This document shows, piece after piece, positions 51,192 through 64,000 of a DNA stretch of 64,000 bases. Position numbers and translations under genes: made by a program. Positions within the stretch are counted from its first letter, which is position 1. Each line of letters starts with the position of its first letter. This stretch comes from Eledone cirrhosa (Eukaryota), in the NCBI GenBank assembly GCA_964016885.1, contig OZ024743.1, forward strand, positions 327,670,001-327,734,000, written 5' to 3'. Under the pieces are notes generated by a model, which did no database searches, was not told the DNA's origin, and saw only the letters and a program-made list of their open reading frames with translations.

Positions 51192-53995
51192 TTCTTTGAG
51201 TCTCAGTCATTGATGTTAGTTAACTGGAAAGTTTGTTGAAATGAATATCAAGCCACTACCTGCAGCCTCAGATATTCAGGACGTATCGGAGGGTTCTTGC
51301 TGTTCCCAGCAAGCATGCCTTTTGAAGCGTTCCAAAAAGCGGGGCGGGGCCAATTTTCTTTAACCATCCCTGAAACTTTTTGAGATAGTACCTAGTGCGC
51401 CTATGACAATCGGGACCACTTTGACTTCATGACAGTTCCAAATCCTTTTTACCTCCCACTTTAAGTCCTGGTATTGGTTAATTTTCTCCTACTCCTTCTC
51501 TTGCACTCTCGTGTCAAATGGGTAGGCTACATCTACAATCAGGTCAGGTCTATTGTGTTCCAGTTTCTTGTCCGTCTGTATCCTAAAATCCCACAGCACC
51601 TTCACCTGATCGTTTTCTATCACCGACTCTGGCTTATGCTCACACCACTTCTCAGAATGTGGTAAATTGTTTACTTTGCATAGGTGCCAGTGGATCACCC
51701 TGCCCATCACATCATGTCTCCAGCCTTTATAGGGAGTCTGGGCTAGGTGTTTACACTCGGATACAATGTGAACCACAGTCTCCTCTCTCTCTCTCCACAG
51801 ATCCTACACAGGGGGCTAGCCTCCTCCTTGTAAATATGGTGTTTCAGCCACTTCATTTTGAGGGCCTGCTGGTGCGCAGCCATTAGCATTCCTTCTGTAG
51901 CCTTTTTAAGGTCTCCTCTTTTCAACCAGTTCCATGTCTGTGGATATCTAAATTCACTTTTCTCAAAGAAGGTACTATGAAGGGATTTTTCATGAAGGTT
52001 GCTCTTTCTCCTTGTTGTTATTTCCTCCTTGGACATCCCCTGGTCTATTGTCATCTCCTTCACTGCAATTCTGAGCATTGGCTCCCTACTATCAGTCACG
52101 TATTTGTGTAGGTTGTTTTTCTCCATCTGAACACACTCCTCTATGCTGATAAGACCTCTTCCACCTTCAGATCTCCTTAAGTAGAGTCTATCGACATCAC
52201 TCCTCTTGTGGAACATGTTGTAGATAGTCAATAGCTTCCTAGTCTTCCTATCCATTTCTTTTTGTTCAACAACATTCCATCTCAGAATTCCCGCAAATAG
52301 ACACAGCTCGGGAATTTACTGCACTTATGACATTCCTACTGTTCAGATGTGACTTTAATATGCTCCTTACTCTCCGAATGTATTCAGATCTTATCAATTC
52401 CTTCATTTTTTTGTTCTTGATGTCATCAGCCTCCAGAACACCTAAATATTTATATCCTTCTTCAGTATCAATTTCCTTTATCATCTCACCTGTTGGTACC
52501 TGGATTCCGTTGCTTCTGCTCAATTTACCCCTCTTCATCACAAGGACTCCACACTTACTAATACCAAATTGCATACATATATCATTGCTGAAAATACGGA
52601 CAGTGTCAACAAGCACATCCAACTCCTTCTCACTCTGCCTGAAGAGCTTAAGATCGTCCATGAAGAGGAGGTGATTGATGGTAAGCTCTCCCTTTCCCAA
52701 CTTGTATCCTGCTCTCACTTTTCGCAGTATAATGGTCAGGGGCATCAGGGCAAGGACAAACAACAGAGGGGACAGACTATCCTGGAAGATACCTCTCTTG
52801 ATCTTCACGCCTCCCAAGGATTCTCCAGCTGATCTTAACTCTGTTTTCCAGGACTTCATACTTTTGCTCAACAACTGTCTCATGTTATCTGCCCCTTGAA
52901 GATCTCTAGGCTTTTGGTTATCCAAGAATGAGGTACCATGTCGAATGCCTTAGTGTAGTCAATCCATCCCATGGCAAGACCAGTGTGTCTCTTCTTGCAA
53001 TTCCTCATTACCATCTTATCAATAAGTAACTGGTCCTTTGTACCACGAGACTTCTTTCGGCATCCTTTCTGTTCATCCGGTAACAAGTTGTTTATGTGGA
53101 GGTGATGGTAGATTTCCTCAGACACAATGCTTGTTAACAGTTTCCACATTTACGGACAGACATGTGATAGGTCTATAGTTGGTAACATCATTACCCTTTG
53201 TTCGGTCTTTCATTACCAGAACTGTGGTACCTTTTGTCAACCACTCTGGTACCTCACCTGACATCAAGCAGTCATTGAACATGGTTGTCAGTTTCGGGTG
53301 GAGGGTTGTTATATTTTTAATCCAATACTCCTGCACACCATCTGGGCCTGGTGATTTCCAGTTGGTTAGTTTTCTGGCCTGCCCCTTAAGAGTTTCAACT
53401 GTGATACTCAAATCAGTTTGTTGGTGTACCTGTTCACTAATCTCCTTTTGTACTGTCTCAATCCACACTGCCTGGTCATTATGTTTAACATCCTGCTCCC
53501 ATATTCCTCTCCAGAATGTCTTAGTTTGTTCCGCCTCAGGTATCAAGTCATTGCCTCTTTCTTTCCCTTCAAGCTGTCCAAACAACATCTTCTGGTTGTT
53601 GTCAAACATGCGGTTCTGTCTATACTGACTGACTCTGCTCTCGTATCGCCTAATCTTTGCGCTCTTTACTACAATGCGTTGCTTCAGTTCCTCTATGATA
53701 ATATTTAGCTTTTTCCTCCTAGTTTTGTACTTTATTTCCAGTCTATTTTTAGTGTCTATGTTTTGTAGTGTCCCATTCAGTAGGGACTCAAGCTTTCCAA
53801 TGTCATTTCTCATTTCCCTGATTTAACCATTCAGTCGTTTCTTCCACCAAGGTTCTGATCTTTCTTGTTTGTTGTTTCCTCCCGCTTTTATGCCAAGTAA
53901 TTTCCTCACCGCATTTTCTGTTGCTTTGAAGATATTGTTGCACTGGTGAAGGTTCCTTGCCTCAAGATATGGGATGACTTTGTTTACCTTAGCTG
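51192..53995 (-). mobile_element. Dong/R4-clade non-LTR retrotransposon (RT, CCHC finger, restriction-like endonuclease), 5'-truncated
   Basis: [36 protein letters not shown]...HIVSEC, HNRPDLIV; (TAA)n-like repeats on both sides. Confidence 0.92.
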
Positions 53996-54116
53996 TTATT
54001 ATTATGTAAACCCTTGTGGTTAATAAAGAAATCATTATTATTATTATTATTATTATTATTACATACTGCATTACATTTCCATTGAAATTAAACATATATA
54101 TATATGTGTATATATA

Positions 54117-54153
<37 letters not shown>

Positions 54154-54331
54154 TTGCTAAAATATACATACAGCCCTATGGAACAGGCCAAACAGATAGT
54201 TATGACACCTTACTACACTAAGGGTGGGTTTTTTTTGTAAGAATCAAAGAAGGTAGCGTAGAGTGTTTAAGTTAAGTTTGCCTAATCTAACACTAGGTTA
54301 AAAAGCCAAGCATTTATAATTTTATTACTAA

Positions 54332-55059
<728 letters not shown>

Positions 55060-55862
55060 TTAAAATAACAGATTAAAGTTTAAGCAAAGAATCGTTGCTT
55101 TCATCCTTAACGGGATCTTCTGAAACTAAAAACATAAATCTGTGAACGCAGAAGTAAATATTTTGAAAAACGTTGCAACCGAAGGAAAACAGGAAGACGA
55201 TACTTTGGTTCGTGAAGACATTCCCTGGCAATGAACGGATAATATCGAACATAATACGTCATCAATGTTCGTCAGAATGTCGTAATGCAGACAGCCAGAC
55301 ATACAGACAGATATTATAAAGCCGCGACGGAGATCGATAACCAGCACCTAACCCCTTTAACAACAGAAAATTGAAAAATAAAAGCTGCAGTTAATATCTT
55401 TAGACCACAAGGAATATATAAATGCAAGTTTGAAGTTAATCGGAGTAGAAATGTGGATTTGTATAGACTTTGCAAAAATGAGGACACACACACAGACAAC
55501 ATCAGTTTTATACATATAGATTCTGTTCCTGGTAAAGGACAGGTCAGGTGACCACATCAGGTGCATATGTTCTATTTTGGTATAATTTCTATGGCTTGAT
55601 GCCCTTCCTAATGCCAACCACTTTACATACACGTACATATCTTGACATATAGACATACATATTAACACAACATACATATATATATATGTGTGTGTATGTG
55701 TATGAATTTTAGAAGTAGAGAGTTCAATTTTCTGCAGCAGCTGTTGGCCACTTTTTCCATTTATAGGGCGATTTTACCTGATTTTTTAAGCTGTATTCAC
55801 AGCTATTTTCCTTTATAAACACTCACACACACATATGTAAACATGTATACACACATTCACAT

Positions 55863-55934
<72 letters not shown>

Positions 55935-56489
55935 TTATCATCATCAACATTTTACCTCCACTTTCCCCTGCTTGCAAGGGTGGGACGGGTCCTCTTCAGC
56001 ACAGCATCTCTCAATTTGTCACGGTCCTTCCTCTTCTCTTCTGTGACGTTTCAGCGATCTGAGGTCAGCTCTCACCATCTCTGCCCATGTTCTACGTGGT
56101 ATTCCTCTCCTGCATCTTCCTTCCATTCAGATTACTTGGCACTTCTTCACCCAGCTGTCAAATGTGAAATAAAGTGTCTTGCTCAAGGAAACAACGCATC
56201 ACCCGGTCTGAGTTCAATTCTCAGACTGGGTGATGTGTTGTTTCCTTGAGCAAGACACTTTATTTCACATTGCTCCAGTTTACTCAGCTGTAGAAATGAG
56301 ATGATAGGACTGGGGTCCCTATCATTCCACTGCAAAGTGGTTGTGGAGGTGCCACAGCAAAAAAGCACCCACCACTCACTGTAAATGAGGTTGGTGTTAG
56401 GAAGGGCATCCAGCTGTAGAAATCAAGCCAGAATCAGTTCCCGTCCCACCCTTGCAAGCAGGGAAAAGCGGATGTAAAATGATGATATA

Positions 56490-56526
<37 letters not shown>

Positions 56527-56528
<2 letters not shown>

Positions 56529-57185
56529 TACGTAGATTAGAGAGAAACGAAGCCTGCATGCTCCGATGGATGTGTAACAGTAATATACGTGAACGACAAA
56601 GCATAAAGGAATTGAGAGAGAGACTGAGCATAAGAGGAATCAAATGCTGCGTGCAGGAGAGGCGGTTACGCTGGTATGGACATGTGATGCGTATGAAGGA
56701 TGACAGCTGCATAAAAAGGTGCAGAGCACTAGAAGTTGATGGAAACCGCGGAGTGGGGAGACCCAAGATGACTTGGGATGAGGTGATAAAAGCCGACCTT
56801 ACCCAACTACACCTCTCAAAGTCAATGACACACGACCGTGACTTCTGGCGTCACGCAGTAATACAGGGTACCCGACCTCCCATGGGTACATGCTGAAGCA
56901 TATAAACAATATGCCCCCCCCCCACCGCAAGGTGGTCGTGGAGGTGCCACGGCAAAAAAGCACCCAGCCCACACTGTAAAGTGGACGTGTAGGCGCCACG
57001 AAAAAGCACCCAGCACTCACTGTAAATGAGGTTGGTGTTAGGAAGGGCATCCAGCTGTAGAAATCAAGCCAAATCAGTTCCTGTATGAGCAAGGCATGGT
57101 CAGCCGACCAGACACTGCCCACAACAGGACAACCCGTCTAACCCATGCTAGCGTGGAAGAACGGACGTAAAACGATGATGATGAT
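56527..57185 (+). mobile_element. RTE LINE 3' end with complete 3' UTR and tail
   Basis: ORF 56489..56896 C-terminus nearly identical to 31333..31782; ends aaacgatgatgatga. Confidence 0.9.
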
Positions 57186-57586
57186 ATATAGTTAGAGAAG
57201 CAAAAAATTGCTTATTGTGATCCAGTTCTTGGTTAAGAAAGCCAGTTTCATGGATGGTTTCAACGTACGGTTAGGGGTAACTCCACAAGTTTGTAAGAAT
57301 TCCGTTCAATCTTGGAGAATAAAGTATAAAAGAGAAAACAGAGGTAAGCATTAAGAGAAGGATTTTATCCAGGTATTTACGACCATTTCATTGGTAAGTG
57401 CAACCTTATATTGTTATACTGCAAATAGCACTCAATTATAATTGTTGTTCACGTCCAAATTTTCAAAATAGTGAGTAAGTTACTCTTGAAATAATTCTTA
57501 ATATATAGAGAAAAACATTTATTTGGAATTGTATTTACTAGATAAAATCCTTCTCTTAATGCTTACCTGTGTTTTCTCTTTTATAC

Positions 57587-57651
<65 letters not shown>

Positions 57652-57734
57652 CTATATATATATTTCTTTATTTGCCACACATATATATATATATAATATA
57701 TAGAGAGAAAGAGATAGATACATAGATACATACA

Positions 57735-58660
57735 TATATATGGTGGCTGCCAACTCGTTTTCGAGTACGGCCACTACTTTATATCCATGTAGGAGAACCC
57801 CTACCGAAGCGCTGAACGAGTGTGACTTTTTAGTCCAGCCAGCGACTTGAAAACTCTGGTACAAACACTACACTTGTGACAATTATTGACACATAGTGCT
57901 GGGTCCATGGTACCATGTGACAACAAGTGCAGAGAGATCTCCAGATATAAAGCAATGCATGTGCCGTGAAGCTTTTATAGTGAGCAAAGGCACTGCACTA
58001 AGCCAGTCCCACTCTCTTAACCTAGATGATATTTACCAAAAAGAAGAACAAGTCAACATCATTGGATACCATCAGGGTTGCAGGTGTTATATCAGAGTTT
58101 TCCTTCTCCTAGAATTCTGCCTTGAGAAAGGCTAAGGGGTCATCTCTCCCGGTGATTTTGGATAGCCATTGACTCTTAAGAGTTCCTTTGCCCTTTGACA
58201 GGTTTTATTTTTAGTCCTGCAGGATGTCCAAAGTCACCCTCCTCACCAAGAAACCTTGGTGGGGCTGCCAGTTTAGTCGCCAACGACCCGACCATGAGAC
58301 AGGTTGTACTGGGATACATGTTACCAGTAGCACCAACTGGTGACCTGACATAACATATATACATATATACATATATACATGGTGGCTGCCAACTCGTTTT
58401 CGAGTACGGCCACTACTTTATATCCATGTAGGAGAACCCCTACCGATGCGCTGAACAAGTGACTTTTTAGTCCAGCCAGCGACTTGAAAACTCTGGTACA
58501 AACACTACACTTGTGACAATTATTGACACATAGTGCTGGGCCCATGGTACCATGTGATGACAAGTGCAGAGAGATCTCCAGATATAAAGCAATGCCTGTG
58601 CCGTGAAGCTTTTATAGTGAGCAACGGCACTGCACAAAGCCAGTCCCACTCTCTTAACCA
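57735..58660 (-). mobile_element. Two direct copies (57735-58021, 58378-58660) of a LINE 3' end with a C2H2-type finger
   Basis: About 285-bp near-identical direct repeats; minus frame HKCSVCTRVFKSLAGLKSH; followed by (ATGT)n/(TA)n. Confidence 0.65.
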
Positions 58661-58968
58661 TATATTCATACATGTATACATACATACATGCATGTATACA
58701 TATATACATATATGTATACATATATATATATACATATATACATATATATATACATATATACATATATATATACATATATATATACATATATGTATACATG
58801 TATACATTCATACATACATACATGCATGTATACATATATACATACATGTATACATACATACATGCCAGTCCCACTTTCTTAACCATATATACATACATGT
58901 ATACATACATACATGCATACATGCATACATACATACATACATACATACATACATTACATATACATAAT

Positions 58969-59349
58969 ATGAAAAAGTACTGGTGGAATGTTCCAGTAAA
59001 ACCCCCAATAAAATGCAGGCATAACAGACCAGATATTATGATATGGGACAGGGAAAAGAAGGCATGCACAGTAGTGGAAGTTAGCTGCCCAGCAGATGCC
59101 AATATAATATCAAAGATTAGTGAAAAGGAGGACATCTATGCAGAACTGACTCCACCCTGCTTATGCCTTCAGATTTATGCCTGTGATTATTGGGGCACTG
59201 GGGTATGTTAGTAACTGCCTCAATGCAAATCTTGAGAAGCTGGGCTTCACAGGAACAGAAAGAACACAACTAGTTAGGAAATTACAAGTACAATCCATTA
59301 ATGGAACAGTAAAAATATGTAAAATATTCCAAAAATTTTGCATCTAATA
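58969..59349 (+). mobile_element. RLE-type non-LTR retrotransposon C-terminal fragment
   Basis: YWWNVPV...HNRPDIMIWD...VVEVSCP then PVIIGALG in a shifted frame. Confidence 0.75.
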
Positions 59350-59766
59350 ACTGCATATACACATGTACAGATACTAAGCATATACACATGCACACATACA
59401 ACTCAAAACATATACATCCACACATACAATAACATCCATATCTACACATGCATGCAGACATGCATACATATCTACCTAGTTGATGTTGTGTAAATTCCAA
59501 TGAGAGAGTCTTGTGTCTATGTTAGAATCCGACTCTCTCTCTATTAGCAAAAATTTGTGAAATTATAAAACCAGAAGAACATACATACATAGACACACAC
59601 ATTCAAATTGAGTTCTCTTGAGATGCAATCTCAACCTTTAAAAATTTTGAAGAAAGTTAGCAAGCCCAAGATGTTTTATGTTTGCTATGTCTGATTTGCT
59701 TAGTTTTATAGGATTAGCCATGGCTGAGACCAATCACTTGTCATCTCCTATTTGCATGGGAAGAAG

Positions 59767-61685
59767 CTACTCTTTCACTATCCTGTTTCTATGAAGCCAC
59801 TGATGTAATAGCTGCAGTTGGTGGGGAATTAATTCTGCAGAGATAAATGTAGGTTATTTTCATATCAATTTGTATTTTGTGTGTGTGTGTGTGTGTGATA
59901 ACTGAGTAGTTGAATTTTGTGTGTATGTGGGGATAACTGAGTAGTTTTATTATATTAACCATTTCACAACCATATGAATGATGAAGAGGCTACCTTGCTT
60001 GTCTCCATTGTGGTCATCACCAAAATCTAGATATATGGAAACAGTCAATAGATATGACCAGAATGCAACACTCTACCACATTCATTGAATTTTCATGACC
60101 ACATCTCATTACTAAGATAGTAACTTCTCATATTGTTCTTATAATTTTCACTTAACCCTTTAGCATTTACATTACTCTATATATACTATAGTATTTTCGT
60201 GGTAAGGGTTTTATCTCACATAATTATCTCACATAATATTGAATCTATGAAATTTTGATGTTATTTATTTTGAGAACAATACCTTAACATAAGTATAAGT
60301 AGCCAGTTGGTAAGGGTTTTATCTCACATAATTATCTCACATAATATTGAATCTATGAGATTTTGATGCTATTTATTTTGAGAACAATACCTTAACATAA
60401 GTATGAGTAGCTGGTTTTGAACAGAAAAAGGTAGGAGAATTCTGGCTGGATACAGCTGGTTTAAATGCTAAAGGGTTCATCCATTTATGAATATATTTCT
60501 AATGAAATACAGTCTATTTCAATGAATGAATGAAGAACTTGGAAGAATTCACTAAAAGTAATTTAACATATGGTTCTTATATAAAGTCATATCGAAAGAT
60601 TTTAATTTAGATAAGAATTCTTTAAAATGGGTAGTTTTGTTTCATAGAAAAAGAGCCGGATTTTGGAGGGCTGATATTCAAAGGTTTAATCATGTAGAAG
60701 ATTAGAGACATTTTAACTTTGACTCATTGAAAACTTTGTAATTATATACCTTAAGATAGACATATTGGAATATGTTACAGGGACCACATATATGTCTTAA
60801 TTTATGTATATATAATGTTGGTAATCTAGATTATAAAGGCATCCAGTACACCCTGTAAAGTGGTTGGTGATAGGAAGGTCATCAGGGTGTAGAAAACCTG
60901 TCAAATAAAAGGTAAGGAGGGCTCCTTAGTGTATGTGCCTCAATGATGAAATTCACTGGTTCATCTGGGAAGGCAGTAGCCCTACTTGCGTACTGACTCA
61001 GTCTGTGAAGATCTGTCCAACCCTTCCTAGCAGAGAAAATCTATGTTAAATGAATGATGATGATCATTATATATATTAAATAAATATATATATAATACAT
61101 GCATGCACACACACACACACACATATATTTATATATGCACATACGTGTGTGTGTTTGTTCGTTTGTGTGTGTATTTGTGCGCATGTGTGTATTTGCATGT
61201 GCTCAGTTTGGTTGGCCATTGGATTCAAATTCCATTTCTGATTACTCATTATGCATATGTTTCTCACTCTCTCTTTCTCTCTCTTACTCTCTCGTACTTT
61301 CTCTGCACACAGACACACAAACACAGACAGACACACAAACACTATTTTGTCTTATCTATTTCCGTGAGAGCCAGACGCCATGCTTTGCATCATAGAGTTA
61401 CGGCCCTTTACGTTCTGAGTTCAAATCCCGTCGAATTTAGATTTGCTTTTCATCCTTACAGGGTCAATAAAATAAAGCACCAGTAATACACTGGGATAAC
61501 TACTGGACTTATGCCAAAAGTAGAAGCAATTATTTTTTTATTATTTAAATTTTTTACTGTTTACTCACTTTCGTTTCTCTTCTAAATTTATATCTATAAT
61601 TTTTCTATTCATTTCTTCATGTTTACGAGAATAGATATGATAAACAACGCAGCATTGTAAGGTATTACTTCCTTTACACACACAT

Positions 61686-61733
<48 letters not shown>

Positions 61734-61747
61734 ATGTGTGTGTGTGT

Positions 61748-61827
<80 letters not shown>

Positions 61828-61965
61828 AAAGATGAATATAAAATGAAAGTGCTTTTTTTAAAAAGGAATTTATTAGGTATTGACATATGTTTCTGTAACA
61901 GACGGAATACCTATGTATCGCTGCTTGCGTAATCATATAATGTTAGCAAGTATTCGATAACCTGA

Positions 61966-62019
<54 letters not shown>

Positions 62020-63800
62020 ATGTGTGTGTGTGTAAAGGAAGTAATACCTTACAATGCTGCAGTTGTTTATCATATCTACCATCTCATTTCTACAGATGAG
62101 TAAACTGGAGCAATGTGAAATAAAGTGTCTTGTTTCCTTGAGCAAGACACTTTATTTCACATTGCTCCAGTTTACTCATCTGTATAAATGAGATGGTAAG
62201 GACTGGGATCCCTATCATTCCACTGCAAAGTAGTCGTGAAGGTGCCATGGCAAAAAAAGCACCCAGCCCACACTCTAAAGTGGATGTGTAGGCACTACAG
62301 AAAAAAAGCACCCAGCACTCACTGTAAATGAGGTTGGTGTTAGGAAGGGCATCCAGCTGTAGAAATCAAGCCAGAATCAGTTCCCGTCCCACCCTTGCAA
62401 GCAGGGAAAAGCGGACGTAAAATGAAATGAAATGATGAAATGATATATACAGGGTGCGGACGATATGTATTTGCAAGATTACTGTCTAGGAAAAAATGAC
62501 AGTAGTTTTATTTTTTAAGATATATTTATCAAACTTGGGTCAGTTTGTCTTCATGACTTGTTCTTCCGATCTCACTCGATAAACCCGCCATTGGCTTTGA
62601 TGACGGCTTCAAGGCGGCCTCGGAACCGGCTACAGGCCTTCGTCACTGTTCTCCGACTTAGGGCCCTAAAGGCACTTGTGATCCTGGCTTTCAGATCATC
62701 TTTCGTATTGCAGCTAGATCTGTTGGTGTCTCGTTCCACTGCGTCCCACACAAGAAGTCGAGGGGGTTGCAGTCAGGTGAGCTGGGAGGCCAGATGTCAG
62801 GTGAAGTGTGGTTTACGAAGTACTCTGACAGCCAGGCTTGGGTCTTTCGGCTGGTATGGCAGGGCGCTGAGTCTTGCTGCCACACGTATGGCCTACCTGC
62901 AGCTACCTGGTCGATCTAGGGCTTTACTACCTCGCCCAGAACGCGGATGTAGCCATCGGTTTAAATCTCGCTGGTACCGTCATCGATTCTCAATCAAACA
63001 TCCTAATCACCGTTTTGTGACCACGCTCGCCAACAAGACCTGGCAACTCCGTGAACGCAACCAACAGTTCACCTTAAAATGGGATATACTTTCCAGCGCA
63101 AGTGCATATCGGAGTGGATTGAAATACTGCAGGTTATGTAACCTTGAACTCTTTTACATATTAAAATCCCAAAACAAACTACTTAACGATAGAATTGAAC
63201 GATCATTATACTGCAACCACAAACTAAAAGCTAAATTCTCTCACTATAAAATAACTTAACATTCGAACCCGTAACTATAACATCGCTTTCTAGCTAACCA
63301 TCCTCTCTTCCCCCACACTACAAGACAATACATTGCTTATCACTATAAATGGTAACTCAGTGCAATTTACAGAATACTACAAACCCAAAGTTCACTCACC
63401 ACATAAACTTCGTCTGTCCCCTCTCTACCTCTCTCTCTACATCCATTACACTCTCTCTCTCTCTCTCTCTCTCTCGCCTTTGGCCTACCTCCCTCTCTAC
63501 ATCTATGAACCTGCCCTCTGGGGCAATAAATAATTCCGACCTTAACTATCAACGCATCTCTCCAATAGTAACCAGTATAATAAAACCCCTACCATAACAT
63601 TTTAATTAAGATATCTACAAACCACTCTCTCCTACTTCTCCAACCCCTGCATATCTTTCTCTCTCTCTCCCTCTCCCCTACTTTTCTCTCTTCCTTTTCT
63701 ACTCTATCTTCCCCAACAACCCCACTTAAGGGTATTTACATTGTACATTTTACCATTCTGCTCTGAGGATACAGTGGTCACAGCATTGGATATTTGAGTT
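59767..63800 (-). CDS. Candidate terminal micro-exons of an unidentified gene: 63754-63800, 59994-60026, 59767-59834
   Basis: Each has an AG acceptor, the first two have GT donors; phases chain (2/1, 1/1, 1/stop) to [48 protein letters not shown]. No recognisable homology. Confidence 0.35.
60156..60475. mobile_element. TTAA-type MITE with an internal 108-bp tandem duplication (relative at about 47853-48017)
   Basis: ttaa|ccctttagcattta ... taaatgctaaaggg|ttca; 60201-60308 repeated at 60309-60416. Confidence 0.65.
62450..62960 (-). mobile_element. Second maT-type copy, truncated (one TIR plus transposase C-terminus)
   Basis: Near-identical to 12694-13135; WQQDSAPCH...SPDCNPLD has 37 residues between the catalytic Asp residues. 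Confidence 0.9.
62960..63730 (+). mobile_element. Second Naiad-like Penelope endonuclease C-terminus and pyrimidine-rich 3' UTR
   Basis: FKSRWYRH...[10 protein letters not shown]...KWDIL...CRLCNLE...LLNDRIE...CNHK; homologous to 40490-40771. Confidence 0.8.
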
Positions 63801-64000
63801 CTGCAAATTCTTGTAAATTTGCACATAGCATAACTAGGCTGTAGTACCACCGTGGTATGTATAATATATACATATATATATCCTCTTTCTCCTCATCCTC
63901 ATAAACATGTGATATCCATTTTCCTTGCTAGCAAGACTTGGATGAGTCATTACAGACCATGTCAGAACTTAATCAGAGGCACTGATCTCTCTGATGGGCC

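Noticed and set aside
58200-58350. HDV-like ribozyme in a repeat also seen at 12480-12630
   Set aside because: Some pairings exist on the minus strand but the nested double-pseudoknot order could not be completed by eye.
58467-59135. Tyr/Ile/Met/Cys-rich ORFs (also 33333-33714, 50203-50610, 61565-61936)
   Set aside because: Translations of (TA)n, (CA)n and (ATGT)n microsatellites.
62558-63259. 233-aa ORF as a novel fusion gene
   Set aside because: The first half is the antisense strand of the maT transposase and the second half a Penelope-like endonuclease fragment; a chance open junction.

Overview
AT-rich, repeat-dense eukaryotic (animal) genomic DNA; the SINE/RTE repertoire and (TA)n/(CA)n density suggest a coleoid cephalopod, probably Octopus (inference). 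Two complete spliced genes can be assembled by hand and sit head-to-head with only 205 bp between start codons: GPALPP1 (minus strand, 6 coding exons, 409 aa, 7423-18221) and PIN4/parvulin-14 (plus strand, 3 coding exons, 129 aa, 18427-23430). Several micro-exon-like segments on the minus strand at 47.8-63.8 kb may be the 3' end of a third, unidentified gene (low confidence). The rest is mobile DNA: RTE-clade LINEs with a PHD-type zinc finger inside the RT, a Dong/R4-clade LINE in (TAA)n, DD37D (maT) Tc1/mariner copies, Helitron pieces including an STPR-repeat/zinc-finger N-terminus, two kinds of Penelope-like (GIY-YIG) fragments, tRNA-derived SINEs, TTAA/TA MITEs and a SINE-derived 48-bp minisatellite. 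The most notable hidden signal is a set of minimal type I hammerhead ribozyme motifs (about 6817, 34512, 35993, 41646, 41943/42307 and a remnant at 61874), mostly in inverted-repeat, Penelope-like structures. One forms a palindrome in the predicted GPALPP1 3' UTR. All structures were read by eye and no folding or database search was run.
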